Part shown: piece after piece, positions 28,936-39,190 of the stretch
Position numbering within the stretch: position 1 is the first letter of the stretch
Layout of the letters: every line of letters begins with the position of its first letter
Assembly: GCA_034520945.1 (NCBI GenBank)
Contig: JAXHNB010000002.1
Span: forward strand, 160,001 to 224,000
DNA from: Trueperaceae bacterium
GTDB taxonomy: Bacteria; Deinococcota; Deinococci; Deinococcales; Trueperaceae
DNA: 64,000 nucleotides
Reading direction: 5' to 3'
Notes under the pieces: model-generated
Told to the model about the DNA's origin: nothing
Seen by the model: the letters and a program-made list of their open reading frames with translations, nothing else
Database searches by the model: none
Position numbers and translations under genes: made by a program

Positions 28936-29907
28936 GTGAAACGACTTCTTCTGTCCGTGTTCGCCGTGGCCGCGTTCGGTTTGACGGCCGCCTTCGCCCA
29001 AGAGACCCCCTCCGGCGTGCAGTGCATCGCGCCGTCCGACCCCGGGGGCGGCTGGGACATGACCTGCCGTAGCATCGCGCCCGTCCTGACCGACCTCGGC
29101 CTGGTGGACGGCCAGATCCAAGCCCAGAACATGGCCGGCGCGGGCGGCGGCGTGGCGTACGCGCACGTCGTGGCCCAGCAGGAAGGCAACGAGAACCTGC
29201 TGGTCGCCGCGTCGACGGCGACGACGACACGCCTGGCGCAGGGCCAGTTCGAAGGCTTCACCGCCGACGACGTGCGGTGGGTCGCCGCGGTCGGCGCCGA
29301 CTACGGCGTGATCGGCGTGGCGCCCGACAGCCCGCACGATTCGATCAACGACCTGATGGACGCCTGGAGCGAGGATCCCGCCGCGCTGACCGTCGTGGGC
29401 GGCTCCGCCGTGGGCGGCTGGGACCACCTCAAGGTCCTGCTGGCCGCGCAGGCCGCCGGCGTCGAGGACGTCGAGCAGATCCAGTACGTGTCGTTCTCCA
29501 GCGGCGGTCAGGCCATCATCGAGATCGTCGGCGGCCGCGCCGACGTGTTCACCGGCGACGCTTCGGAGGCGCTGCCGCAGGTCGAGTCGGGCAACCTGAA
29601 GGTGCTGGCCGTGCTGGCCGAAGAGCGCCTCGACGAGCCGCTGGCCGACGTGCCCACCGCACAGGAGCAGGGCATCGACGTGATCGGCGCCAACTGGCGC
29701 GGCTTCTACGTCCCCGCGGGCATCAGCGACGCGCGCTACCAGTACTGGGCCGACGCGTTCGAGGAGCTCGAGGCGTCCGAGCAGTACCAGGAGATCCGCG
29801 AGCAGAACGCCATGGCGCCGTTCGCGCGCTTCGGGGACGAGATGGAGACGTTCGTCCGCGACCAGGTCGACGACATCGAGGAACTCTCCGCCCGCATCGG
29901 CGAGTAG
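28936..29907 (+). CDS. tctC: Tripartite tricarboxylate transporter substrate-binding protein
   Basis: CIAPSDPGGGWDMTCR, NMAGAGG, GGSAVGGWDH and NWRG motifs. Confidence 0.93.
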   Translation: MKRLLLSVFAVAAFGLTAAFAQETPSGVQCIAPSDPGGGWDMTCRSIAPVLTDLGLVDGQIQAQNMAGAGGGVAYAHVVAQQEGNENLLVAASTATTTRLAQGQFEGFTADDVRWVAAVGADYGVIGVAPDSPHDSINDLMDAWSEDPAALTVVGGSAVGGWDHLKVLLAAQAAGVEDVEQIQYVSFSSGGQAIIEIVGGRADVFTGDASEALPQVESGNLKVLAVLAEERLDEPLADVPTAQEQGIDVIGANWRGFYVPAGISDARYQYWADAFEELEASEQYQEIREQNAMAPFARFGDEMETFVRDQVDDIEELSARIGE

Positions 29908-30026
29908 CGCCGACACCGTTCCTTCCGTCGACGTGAGCAGGGGCGCACCGTGCGCCCCTGCCCGTCTCGCGGCCGCCGCGCATCATGCGTCTCCGGCGGC
30001 CGGGTCCGAAGGGGGCCGATCCCGAC

Positions 30027-30467
30027 ATGAGCGACCGGATCGCCGGGGGCGTCACGATCGCGATCGCCGTCGCGTTCATGGCCTTGGCGTTCACCTTCCG
30101 GGCGGGCCGCTTCAGCGACCCGCTGGGCGCGCGGTTCGTGCCCATCGCCATCGGCGTGCTCGTGATCGCGGCGTGCGTGGCGCTGCTGGTCAAGCCCCGC
30201 ACGACCACGACGTGGCCCGAAGCGCCGACGTGGGCCCGTTTGGCGCTCTGCCTTGTCGCGTTCGTGGCGTACGGGTACATGTTGGTGCCGCTCGGCTTCA
30301 TCGTGGCCACCACGCTCGCATTCGCATTGTTCGCGCTCCTGTTCCGCGGCCCGCCGCTCCGTTCGGTGGTGGCGGCCGTTCTATTCTCGGTCGCGGCGTA
30401 CGCGTTGTTCTCTATGGCGCTGGACCTGTATCTTCCGACCGGACGGCTCTTCGAGGGGTGGTTCTGA
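30027..30467 (+). CDS. tctB: Tripartite tricarboxylate transporter small subunit
   Basis: DPLGARFVP, LGFIVAT, LDLYLPTG; four TM segments between tctC and tctA. Confidence 0.88.
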   Translation: MSDRIAGGVTIAIAVAFMALAFTFRAGRFSDPLGARFVPIAIGVLVIAACVALLVKPRTTTTWPEAPTWARLALCLVAFVAYGYMLVPLGFIVATTLAFALFALLFRGPPLRSVVAAVLFSVAAYALFSMALDLYLPTGRLFEGWF

Positions 30468-32012
30468 GTGGAGGTCCTGTCCTCTCTCCTGGGTGGCTTC
30501 CAGACCGCCATGTCGCCCGGCAATCTGCTGTTCGCGTTCTTCGGGGTGTTCATCGGCACCGTGATCGGCATGCTGCCCGGCATCGGGCCGATCAACGGCA
30601 TCGCCATCCTGATCCCCATCACCTTCGCGTTGGAGATCGACCCGACCACCATGATGATCCTGTTCGCGGGGATCTATTACGGTTCGCAGTACGGCAATTC
30701 GATCAGCACCATCCTGCTGAACGTGCCCGGCACCGCCTCGTCGGTCGCGACCGCGCTGGACGGGTACCCGATGGCGCGCAAGGGGCGCGCCGGTCCGGCG
30801 CTGGCGATGTCGGCCATCGCGTCGTTCATCGGCGGCACGCTGGCGATCTTCGGGCTCGCCTTCCTGGCGCCCCTGCTGGCGCAGTGGGCCATCCGCTTCG
30901 GGCCGGCGGAGTACTTCGTGCTGATCGTGTTCACGTTCACCACCATCTCGGCCCTCACCGGCAAGCACTTCGTGAAGGGGCTCATCGCGACCGGCATCGG
31001 GCTGATGCTGGCGACGATCGGCTTGGATCCCGGCACCGGCATCCCGCGCTACACCTTCGGGATGATGCCGCTGTTCGACGGGATCGACTTCGTCTCGGCC
31101 ACGATCGGGTTGTTCGCCGTCGCCGAGGTGTTCCTCATGCTCGAGACCACGAGCGCCGGAGAACAGGTCACCCAAAAGGTGGGCCGCGCGATGATCAGCG
31201 CCAAGGAGTTCGCGACCAGCTTCTGGGTGATGATCCGCAGCGCCGTCACCGGATTCTTCGTCGGCGTCCTGCCGGGCGCGGGGGCGACGATCGCCGCGTT
31301 CCTCGCCTACGCCAACGAGCAACGCTGGCTGGACAAGGAAGGCACCTTCGGCGAAGGTGACATTCGCGGCGTCGCCGCCCCCGAAGCGGCCAACAACGCC
31401 GCCGTGTCGGGCGCGATGATTCCGCTGCTGACGCTCGGAGTGCCCGGCAGCGGCACCACCGCCGTGATCCTGGCGGCGCTGCTGGCCCTGAACCTGAACC
31501 CCGGTCCCTTGTTCATTTCGCAGCAGCCGGACCTGTTCTGGGGGTTGGTCGCCTCGATGTACATCGGCAACGTGATGCTGCTGATCCTGAATTTGCCGAT
31601 GGTCGGCCTGTTCATCCGCATCCTGCTGGTGCCGCGTTGGGTCCTGGTGCCCTCCGTGGCGGTGATCGGCTACGTCGCCGTGTATTCGGTGAACGGCTCC
31701 GTGTTCGACCTGATGGTGATGACGGCCCTGGGCGTGCTCGGGTACCTGATGCGCAAGATGAGCTACCCGGTCGCGCCGGTGATCCTGGCGTTGGTGCTGG
31801 GGCCGATGATGGAGACCAACCTGCGGCGTGCCCTCTCGCTGGCGCAGGGCGACGCGTCCGTCCTGTACGGGTCCGGCATCGCCATCGTGCTGTGGGTGAT
31901 GGTGGCGGGCTCGATCCTGCTGCCGATTCTCACCAAGCGAACCCCCGTCGCCACGCTCGGCCCGAAGGACAAGGGTCGCCAAGGAGACGGCGGGCCGCCC
32001 CTCCAAGACTGA
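30468..32012 (+). CDS. tctA: Tripartite tricarboxylate transporter large subunit
   Basis: GMLPGIGP, ILLNVPG, DGYPMA, APEAANNA, LGVPGSG. Confidence 0.95.
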   Translation: MEVLSSLLGGFQTAMSPGNLLFAFFGVFIGTVIGMLPGIGPINGIAILIPITFALEIDPTTMMILFAGIYYGSQYGNSISTILLNVPGTASSVATALDGYPMARKGRAGPALAMSAIASFIGGTLAIFGLAFLAPLLAQWAIRFGPAEYFVLIVFTFTTISALTGKHFVKGLIATGIGLMLATIGLDPGTGIPRYTFGMMPLFDGIDFVSATIGLFAVAEVFLMLETTSAGEQVTQKVGRAMISAKEFATSFWVMIRSAVTGFFVGVLPGAGATIAAFLAYANEQRWLDKEGTFGEGDIRGVAAPEAANNAAVSGAMIPLLTLGVPGSGTTAVILAALLALNLNPGPLFISQQPDLFWGLVASMYIGNVMLLILNLPMVGLFIRILLVPRWVLVPSVAVIGYVAVYSVNGSVFDLMVMTALGVLGYLMRKMSYPVAPVILALVLGPMMETNLRRALSLAQGDASVLYGSGIAIVLWVMVAGSILLPILTKRTPVATLGPKDKGRQGDGGPPLQD

Positions 32013-32082
32013 GCCGTTCGAGCCCGCCCGCGCCCCGTTCGCCGTAGGGGGAGCGCGGGGTCGTGGCGTGAGAGAGCCTTCG

Positions 32083-33594
32083 ATGACCGATCATCACGTG
32101 CGCGTACACCCCTCCCGCGACGCGCTCCCACGCGAAGAACAGCTCGCCTGGACGCTGGCCGAGGTCGCGACCGGCACCCACGACGTGCCCGCCGCCGTCC
32201 GCGACATGGTGATCAACCGCGTGATCGACGACGCGGCGGTGGCGGTCGCGTCGCTGGAGCGCGCCCCGGTCGTGGCGGCGCGCCGGCAAGCTACCGCGCA
32301 CCCGCGGCCCGGGGGCGCGACGGTGGTCGGGCTCGGCAACGAGCGGCGCGTGCATGCCGAGTGGGCGGCCTGGGCCAACGCCGTCGCCGTGCGCGAGCTG
32401 GACTTTCACGACACCTTCCTGGCCGCCGACTACGCGCACCCCGGCGACAACATCCCGCCGTTGCTGGCGGTCGCGCAGCAGACCGGCTGCCGCGGACGGG
32501 ACCTGCTGCGCGGCATCGTGGCCGCCTACGAGGTGCAGGTGGCGCTGGTGAAGGGCATCAGCCTGCACGCGCACAAGAAGGACCACATGGCCCACCTCTG
32601 CCCCGCCACCGCGGCGGGCCTGGGCGCCATGCTGCACCTCCCGACCGCGCAGGTGTACCAGGCGATCCAGCAGGCGGTGCACGTCGCGTTCACCACGCGC
32701 CAGTCCCGCAAAGGCGAGATCAGCAGCTGGAAGGCCTACGTGCCGGGTCACTCCGCCCTCCTCGCCATCACCGCGGTGGACCGGGCCATGCGGGGCGAGC
32801 GGTCCCCCTCGCCGATCTACGAGGGCGAGGACAGCGTGCTGGCCTGGATGCTGGACGGCCCCGACGCACACTACGTGGTGCCGCTGCCGGATCCGGACGA
32901 GCCGCGCACCGCCATCCTCGAGACCTACACCAAGGCGCACTCGGCGGAATACCAAGCGCAGGCGTTCATCGACCTGGCGTTCGAGATGCGCACCAAGCTC
33001 CCCAGCGACCCCGACGAGATCGAGGAGATCGTCATCCGCACCAGCCACCACACCCACACCGTGATCGGAACCGGCGCCCACGACCCGCAGAAGCTGGACC
33101 CGCACGCCAGCCGCGAAACGCTGGATCACAGCCTGATGTACATCGTGGCGGTGGCGCTGCAGGACGGACGGTGGCACCACGAGGACAGCTACGCCCGCGC
33201 GCGCGCCACGAAGCCCGACACGGTCGCCCTGTGGCACAAGATCCGCACCGAGGAGGACCCCTCGTGGACCGCGCGCTACCGCGATCCCGACCCCGGCGCG
33301 CGGGCGTTCGGCGGTACCATGACGGTCCGGCTGCGAGACGGGCGGGAGATCCACGGGGAACGCGCCGTGGCCGACGCGCACCCCAACGGCGCCGCGCCGT
33401 TCGCGCGCAGTGATTACCTCGCCAAGTTCCGCACCCTGGCGGCCGGCATCGTCCCTGACGAGGAGCAGGCGCGGTACCTGTCGTTGGTGGAGCGTCTGGA
33501 CGAGCTCACGCCCGAGGAGATCGAGGAACTCGACGTGCAGGCGCCCCGTGTCTCCGACGCTGCCTCGCATCGTGACGGGGGAGGCATCTTTTGA
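32083..33594 (+). CDS. prpD: 2-methylcitrate dehydratase (MmgE/PrpD)
   Basis: VRELDFHDTFLAADYAHPGDNIPP, KKDHMAH, GEISSWKA, SRETLDHS, AHPNGA. Confidence 0.92.
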   Translation: MTDHHVRVHPSRDALPREEQLAWTLAEVATGTHDVPAAVRDMVINRVIDDAAVAVASLERAPVVAARRQATAHPRPGGATVVGLGNERRVHAEWAAWANAVAVRELDFHDTFLAADYAHPGDNIPPLLAVAQQTGCRGRDLLRGIVAAYEVQVALVKGISLHAHKKDHMAHLCPATAAGLGAMLHLPTAQVYQAIQQAVHVAFTTRQSRKGEISSWKAYVPGHSALLAITAVDRAMRGERSPSPIYEGEDSVLAWMLDGPDAHYVVPLPDPDEPRTAILETYTKAHSAEYQAQAFIDLAFEMRTKLPSDPDEIEEIVIRTSHHTHTVIGTGAHDPQKLDPHASRETLDHSLMYIVAVALQDGRWHHEDSYARARATKPDTVALWHKIRTEEDPSWTARYRDPDPGARAFGGTMTVRLRDGREIHGERAVADAHPNGAAPFARSDYLAKFRTLAAGIVPDEEQARYLSLVERLDELTPEEIEELDVQAPRVSDAASHRDGGGIF

Positions 33595-34502
33595 TCCGCT
33601 TCGACGCCGCGTCGCCCCAGGACGCACGGCGCGCGCTGCGCGACGGTCTGGCGCGGTCCGGCCCGCCGCTGCGGTTCCCGGGCGCGTTCTCGCCGCTGGT
33701 GGCAAGGATCGTCGAGGAGGTCGGCTACGACGGCGTGTACGTCTCCGGCGGCGCGCTGGCGGCCGACCTGGGCATGCCCGACGTCGGCCTGACGACCCTG
33801 AGCGAGGTGGCGGACCGCGCGCACCGCATCGCCACCGCGACCTCGTTGCCGGTCATCGCCGACGTCGATACCGGCTTCGGTGAGGCGTTGAACGCCGCCC
33901 GCACCGTGCAGGAGCTGGAACGCCTCGGTGTCGCCGGTTGCCACCTGGAGGATCAGGAGAACCCCAAGCGCTGCGGCCACTTGGACCGCAAGCGCCTGGT
34001 CGCGCCCGACGCGATGGAACGCAAGCTCCGCGCCGCCGCCCAGGCCCGCCGCGACCACGACTTCGTGCTGATCGCCCGCACCGACGCGCGGGCGAGCGAG
34101 GGGTTGGACGCCGCCATCGAGCGCGCCCGCGCGTACGTCGGCGCCGGCGCCGACGTGGTCTTCCCCGAGGCGCTGCAGGACGAGGGCGAGTTTCGCGCCT
34201 TCCGGGCGGCGATCGACGCGCCCCTGATGGCCAACATGACCGAGTTCGGCAAGTCGCCGCTGTTGGACCTCGGCACCCTGCACGACCTCGGCTACGACCT
34301 GGTGATCTACCCCGTCACCACGCTGAGGCTGGCGATGCGGGCCGTCGAGGACGGCCTGCGCGCCATTCACGAGGAAGGGACGCAGGCGCGGCTGGTGCCG
34401 GAGATGCAGACGCGGACGCGGTTGTACGAACTGCTGCGCTACGAGGACCATGCCGCCTTCGACCAGGCCGTGTACGACTTTGCGCGGGACGGCGACGACT
34501 GA
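33591..34502 (+). CDS. prpB: Methylisocitrate lyase
   Basis: DVDTGFG, HLEDQENPKRCGH, ARTDA, FPEA, ANMTEFGKS. Confidence 0.93.
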   Translation: MIRFDAASPQDARRALRDGLARSGPPLRFPGAFSPLVARIVEEVGYDGVYVSGGALAADLGMPDVGLTTLSEVADRAHRIATATSLPVIADVDTGFGEALNAARTVQELERLGVAGCHLEDQENPKRCGHLDRKRLVAPDAMERKLRAAAQARRDHDFVLIARTDARASEGLDAAIERARAYVGAGADVVFPEALQDEGEFRAFRAAIDAPLMANMTEFGKSPLLDLGTLHDLGYDLVIYPVTTLRLAMRAVEDGLRAIHEEGTQARLVPEMQTRTRLYELLRYEDHAAFDQAVYDFARDGDD

Positions 34503-34701
34503 GCCGCATCGGCGGGGCGCGTCGGTGCGCGCCGGCCAGGCGCGCGCCCTCCTACTGGGGCGGGTCGCCTTTCTGACGGACGCGCGCGGGGTGGAGGCGG
34601 GACGATGCCACCTGCACGCGGCCCGAAGGGGCCGCCGCGGGGCGCGGATCCGGGCACGAGCGGGCAACGCCGGCAAGGCTTCCCCGCCTGAGAGGAGCAT
34701 C

Positions 34702-36105
34702 ATGAGCGCGAACACGAACGCGAATCACGGAGAGGTCGAGCACTTCGACCACGTCCTGATCGGCACCGGACAGGCGGCCGGCACCCTGGTCGGCGCGCTG
34801 CCCAAGGACGAGACCATCGCGATCGTCGAAGGGGATCAGGTGGGCGGCACCTGCGTGAACGACGGCTGCACCCCCACCAAGACGTTGATCGCCAGCGCCA
34901 AGGTGGCCCATCAGGCCCGCCGTTCCGACACCTACGGCGTCACCACCGGAGCGGTCGAGATCGATTGGCCGGCGGTGCGGGCGCGCATGAACGAGCTTCG
35001 CCACGGCGGCCGCGACGGGCTGACCCGTTGGTTCGAAGGGGCGTCGCACATCACCCTGATCCGCGGCTGGGCCGCCTTCGAGGCGCCCAAGGTGCTGCGG
35101 GTGGGCGAGCGCCGCATCACGGGCGACCGGATCTACCTGAACGTCGGCGCACGCGCCCGCGTGCCCGACCTGCCGGGGCTGGACGAGGTGCCCTGGCTGG
35201 ACAACACGCGGATCCTGGACCTCGAGGAGGTGCCGCGGCACCTGCTGGTCGTGGGCGGTTCGTACGTGGGGCTGGAGTTCGCGCAGGCGTTTCGGCGTTT
35301 CGGCGCGGAGGTCACCGTGTTGGAGCGCGGTCCGCGCCTGATGTCCCGCGAGGACGAGGACATCGCCGAGACCGCGCGCGAGATCCTCGAGGGCGACGGC
35401 ATCGAGGTGCTGTGCGACGCGGAGGTGCGCCGCGTGCGCGCCGGCAGCGACGGTCCGGAACTCGAGGTGGCCCACGGCGACACCGAGCGGGTCGTCGCCG
35501 GTTCGCACCTGTTGTTGGCTGTCGGGCGCGTGCCGAACTCTGATCGGTTGAACCTGCAGGCGGCCGGCATCGAAACCGATGCGCGGGGCTACATCCAGGT
35601 CGACGAACAACTGCGCACCACCGCCGACGGCGTGTTCGCCGTGGGCGACGTGAACGGGCAGGGCGCCTTCACGCACACCGCCGTCAACGACGCCGAGATC
35701 GTTCTCGACGAGCAGCGCGGCGGGCCCCGGCGCCTGTCCGACCGCACGCAGGTGTACGCCATGTTCATCGACCCGCCCCTCGGCCGGGCGGGCCTGAGTC
35801 GCCGCGAAGCGATCGCGCGCGGCCACCGCGTGCTCGAGGCGACGCGGCCGATGGCCAAGATCTCGCGCGCCAAGGAGATGGCCGAGACGAAGGGCATGGT
35901 CAAGATCCTGGTCGACGCCGACACCGAACGGATCCTCGGCGCGGCGGTGCTTGGCGTGTACGGCGACGAGTTGGCCAACACCTTCGCGCTGTTCATGCAG
36001 ACCGGGGCATCGTGGAAGGAGTTCCGGCGGACGGTGCTGGTCCACCCCACCATCGGCGAACTGATGCCCTGGATCCTGGACGGGCTGGCGCCGGTCGACG
36101 CCTGA
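34702..36105 (+). CDS. Pyridine nucleotide-disulfide oxidoreductase (RclA/MerA-like, without Hg-binding Cys pairs)
   Basis: GGTCVNDGCTPTK, GGSYVGLE, GDVNG..AFTH and HPTIGE motifs; RBS GAGGAG. Confidence 0.88.
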   Translation: MSANTNANHGEVEHFDHVLIGTGQAAGTLVGALPKDETIAIVEGDQVGGTCVNDGCTPTKTLIASAKVAHQARRSDTYGVTTGAVEIDWPAVRARMNELRHGGRDGLTRWFEGASHITLIRGWAAFEAPKVLRVGERRITGDRIYLNVGARARVPDLPGLDEVPWLDNTRILDLEEVPRHLLVVGGSYVGLEFAQAFRRFGAEVTVLERGPRLMSREDEDIAETAREILEGDGIEVLCDAEVRRVRAGSDGPELEVAHGDTERVVAGSHLLLAVGRVPNSDRLNLQAAGIETDARGYIQVDEQLRTTADGVFAVGDVNGQGAFTHTAVNDAEIVLDEQRGGPRRLSDRTQVYAMFIDPPLGRAGLSRREAIARGHRVLEATRPMAKISRAKEMAETKGMVKILVDADTERILGAAVLGVYGDELANTFALFMQTGASWKEFRRTVLVHPTIGELMPWILDGLAPVDA

Positions 36106-36186
36106 TCGCGCCGCCGCGCGCCCATCCGTGCGCGCCAAGGGAAACGGCCGCTGCGCGGCACGTGCCGCGCAGCGGCCGACCTTGCG

Positions 36187-37125
36187 TCATGCGCCCGCAT
36201 CGCGCATCGGTCCGCCGGTGCCCTCCTCGGGCGCTGATGGGCCGTTCGCGTCGTCGTCCGCGTCGTCCCCCTGCCCCCCGTCGGTTCCACGGCCGTCGTC
36301 GCGCGGCCGGTCGTGCAGCGTGACGTGCGGGAAGGGGATCACGATCCCCTCGCGGTCGAACGCCTCTTTCACCTGCTGGTGAATCTGGTTGCGGACCTCG
36401 AGGTAGTTGTCGCGGGCGGCCCAGACGCTGAACTGCACGTCGATCGAGGAGGCGCCGTACCCCTGCGCGATGATCAACGGCGCGGGCTCCTCCAGCGCCA
36501 GCGGATTGCGGTCGGCGACCTCCATCAGGATCCGCTTCACCAACGTCAGGTCCGTGTCGTACGCCACCCCGACCGGCAGGTCGTAGCGGCGGATCGGGTA
36601 GCGACCGACGTTGGTGACCTCGGAACGCACCATCGTTTCGTTGGGGATTCTGACCAGCAGGTTGTCGAAGGTGCGCAGCCGTGTCGACAACAGGTCGATC
36701 GACCGCACTTCGCCGGTAATGCCGCTCACCTTGATCACGTCGCCGATCTCGACCGAACGTTCCAGGCCCAGGAACAGGCCGCTGATCATGTTGGATGCGC
36801 TGGTCTGCGACGCGAAGGCGACGGCGGCGGTCAGGATGCCGGCCGCGCCCAGGATGACGGTGAAGTCGAATCCCAGCTGCCGCAACGCCGAGACGGTGAA
36901 CAGCCCCAGCACCACGTAGCGGGCGGTGCGCACCATCAACACGCGACTTTGCGCGCGCCGCCCCCGCATCAGGTGCCCCACCATGCGCCGCGACAGGCCC
37001 GCCAGCACCAGGCCGGCCACGAACAAGGCGACGGCCCGCACCGCCGGCCCCAGCCGGGCGGGCTCGGCCAGGGCGCCCCCGATCCAGCCGAGGGCGTCGC
37101 CCACGGGTGCCAGCAGCTCCGTCAC
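36187..37125 (-). CDS. MscS family mechanosensitive channel
   Basis: AFASQTSASNMISG, GDVI, TFDNLLVRIPN, VGVAYDTD, GIVIPFP. Confidence 0.92.
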   Translation of the reverse strand: MTELLAPVGDALGWIGGALAEPARLGPAVRAVALFVAGLVLAGLSRRMVGHLMRGRRAQSRVLMVRTARYVVLGLFTVSALRQLGFDFTVILGAAGILTAAVAFASQTSASNMISGLFLGLERSVEIGDVIKVSGITGEVRSIDLLSTRLRTFDNLLVRIPNETMVRSEVTNVGRYPIRRYDLPVGVAYDTDLTLVKRILMEVADRNPLALEEPAPLIIAQGYGASSIDVQFSVWAARDNYLEVRNQIHQQVKEAFDREGIVIPFPHVTLHDRPRDDGRGTDGGQGDDADDDANGPSAPEEGTGGPMRDAGA

Positions 37126-37943
37126 GACGACCTCCAAGCCAGCAGCTGGCTGAACGTTCGCAATGTCAGCAGGCCCTCGGACCGCCGCCTGGGCTCCGCG
37201 ATGCGCCGCGCGTTCCCGGCCATGCGCGGCGGTTCCTTGTCGATGCGGACGTCGGCCACGTCCCCCGAGGCGCCGCGGACCAGGGTCACGCGCGGTGTCC
37301 ACAGACCCCGGTCGGTGGCGTAGAGCGGGAGCAGGTCGACGGGCACCTTGAGTCGCTCGACGGGCAGCGGGACGCCGGCGGATTCCTCGATCCGTATGGG
37401 TGTGACGGCGCGGTGCGGTCGCATGGGAAGCGCCTCCAGGTCGGTACGCCCCGTCGTGCGCGAGGCGTAGCACAACTCGCCGTCGACGGTGTCGGGGCCG
37501 AACCAGGTGTCGGACGGTCGGTAGCAGGGCATTTCGCGCAGGGCGTGGCGCGGATCGAGGGTGGTGACGCTCGCCCACAGCGGCGTGCTGACGTAGAGTT
37601 GCGTGCTCTCGTTCGCCGCGACGACCACGCCCTCGGCCGGCCTGACGATCATCGGCCGGTCCGCCAGCCGCGGCTCCAACGCCACGCGTGGCGGCGCCTG
37701 GGCGAAGGCGTACCGCATCGCCGTCGCTTCGCCCCGCGTGGACGCCTCATTGCGGGACTCCGGCGCGGCCACCTCCAGGGTGTCGTCCAAGGGATCGTCG
37801 CCCCCCTGATGCCACACGCGCCATTCGCGGGCGTGCCGCTCGGCATGCACGGTGATGGGCCCGATACGCCAGCGACGCACCTCGCCGATCTCGAACCGGC
37901 ACGGTTCCCACCAGGGGCGCGCGAGGGACGGGCGTGAAGGCAC
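37122..37943 (-). CDS. Hypothetical protein (DUF432-like), coupled to mscS
   Basis: LADRPMIVRP, YVSTPLW, SDTWFGP...GELCYASRT; TACACT 5 nt before GTG; GTGA overlap with mscS. Confidence 0.65.
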   Translation of the reverse strand: MPSRPSLARPWWEPCRFEIGEVRRWRIGPITVHAERHAREWRVWHQGGDDPLDDTLEVAAPESRNEASTRGEATAMRYAFAQAPPRVALEPRLADRPMIVRPAEGVVVAANESTQLYVSTPLWASVTTLDPRHALREMPCYRPSDTWFGPDTVDGELCYASRTTGRTDLEALPMRPHRAVTPIRIEESAGVPLPVERLKVPVDLLPLYATDRGLWTPRVTLVRGASGDVADVRIDKEPPRMAGNARRIAEPRRRSEGLLTLRTFSQLLAWRSS

Positions 37944-38002
37944 GCCACAGTGTACGTGCTCGGCGGCGGGGTGGCGCCAGCCGGCCGTGCAGCCGCGCGG
38001 GC

Positions 38003-39190
38003 TCAGGCCTGCATCGTGAACAGACGGGCCGCCCATCGCGCCGTCGGGGAGCGGAGCAGGCCGCGTACCGCCGCTTCACGCGCCCACGGGACGGGCGTCG
38101 GTCGGCCCAGCCGCATGTTCCAGGCGGCCCGGCGGGCGGCGCGCCGCGCCGCGGCGCGTTGACGGTGGTCGTACGCTCGTTCCGCCTCGGCCCAGTCGAG
38201 CTCGCCGCGGAGCGCCGCCCGCACCCCGCGTGCCGCCCGCGCAGCGCCTAGGAGGCCGAGGTTCATGCCCTGCCCGCCGATGGGGCTGACCACGTGGGCG
38301 GCGTCCCCGCACAGCCACAACTGACCTTCGGCCAACCGCGTCGCCAGGCGACGTTCCGTGCCGAACGCCGAGGTGTGGACGGCCCCTCGCACCGTAAGGT
38401 GAACGCCGGTCCGCTCCGCCACCATGCGCGCCAGCTGGTTCGGGTCGGCCTCGGCCGGCGGCCGGTCGGTTCGCGCCACCCAGCGGCGCCTGCCGGCCGG
38501 CAGCGGGAACGACTCCACCACCCCGTCCCGCGCCAGGAAGATGGCGGCGTCGTCGCCCAGTACGCCATCGTCCGGAACGTCCGCCATCAGGTAGTGGTCG
38601 CGGTAGCGGCCGCCCCGCACCGGTACGCCCAACCAGGCGGCGCTTTGGCCACGCCCGCCGTCGCACGCCACCGCCACGCGCGCGTGCAGCGGGTCGGGCG
38701 GCGCGACGCCGTCCACGGCCTCGGTCGACAGCGTCACGCCCGACGCGCCTCGACGGACGTCGGTGACCCGAACCCCGCGGCGGAGGGCGGCCGGCGCGGC
38801 GGCGCACAGGCGGGCGGCCAGCACCTCTTCGGTGACGCGCTGCGGGACGCTCAGCACGTACGGGAACGGGGCCGGCAATACGGCGTCCAGCGACAGGACC
38901 CCCAGCGGGCGGGGCCCGGCCGGGCCGAGCGCGCCGTACGCCCGGCCGCGGACGATGGCCACGCCGCGCGCCGCCAGAGGCTCCGCGGCCCCGACCTCCG
39001 CCAACGCCGCCAGGCCGGGGGGATGAAGGCCGATCGCGCGGGAGTGCCGGGCCGGCGCGCGCCGCGCCTCCAGCACCGCCACGCGCACCCCCGCCTGCGC
39101 CAAGTGCGTCGCCAGGTACAGGCCCACCGGGCCGGCGCCGATGATCGCCACCTCGACCGGGTCCGGCGGGGGGCCCGTGTGCCCCGTCAC
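38003..39190 (-). CDS. FAD-dependent monooxygenase
   Basis: GAGPVG, ACDG and GDAAHVVSPIGGQGMNLG motifs. Confidence 0.9.
   Translation of the reverse strand: MTGHTGPPPDPVEVAIIGAGPVGLYLATHLAQAGVRVAVLEARRAPARHSRAIGLHPPGLAALAEVGAAEPLAARGVAIVRGRAYGALGPAGPRPLGVLSLDAVLPAPFPYVLSVPQRVTEEVLAARLCAAAPAALRRGVRVTDVRRGASGVTLSTEAVDGVAPPDPLHARVAVACDGGRGQSAAWLGVPVRGGRYRDHYLMADVPDDGVLGDDAAIFLARDGVVESFPLPAGRRRWVARTDRPPAEADPNQLARMVAERTGVHLTVRGAVHTSAFGTERRLATRLAEGQLWLCGDAAHVVSPIGGQGMNLGLLGAARAARGVRAALRGELDWAEAERAYDHRQRAAARRAARRAAWNMRLGRPTPVPWAREAAVRGLLRSPTARWAARLFTMQA

Noticed and set aside
34702..36105. Mercuric reductase merA
   Set aside because: No C-terminal Cys-Cys, no HMA domain and no mer genes; RclA-like function unresolved
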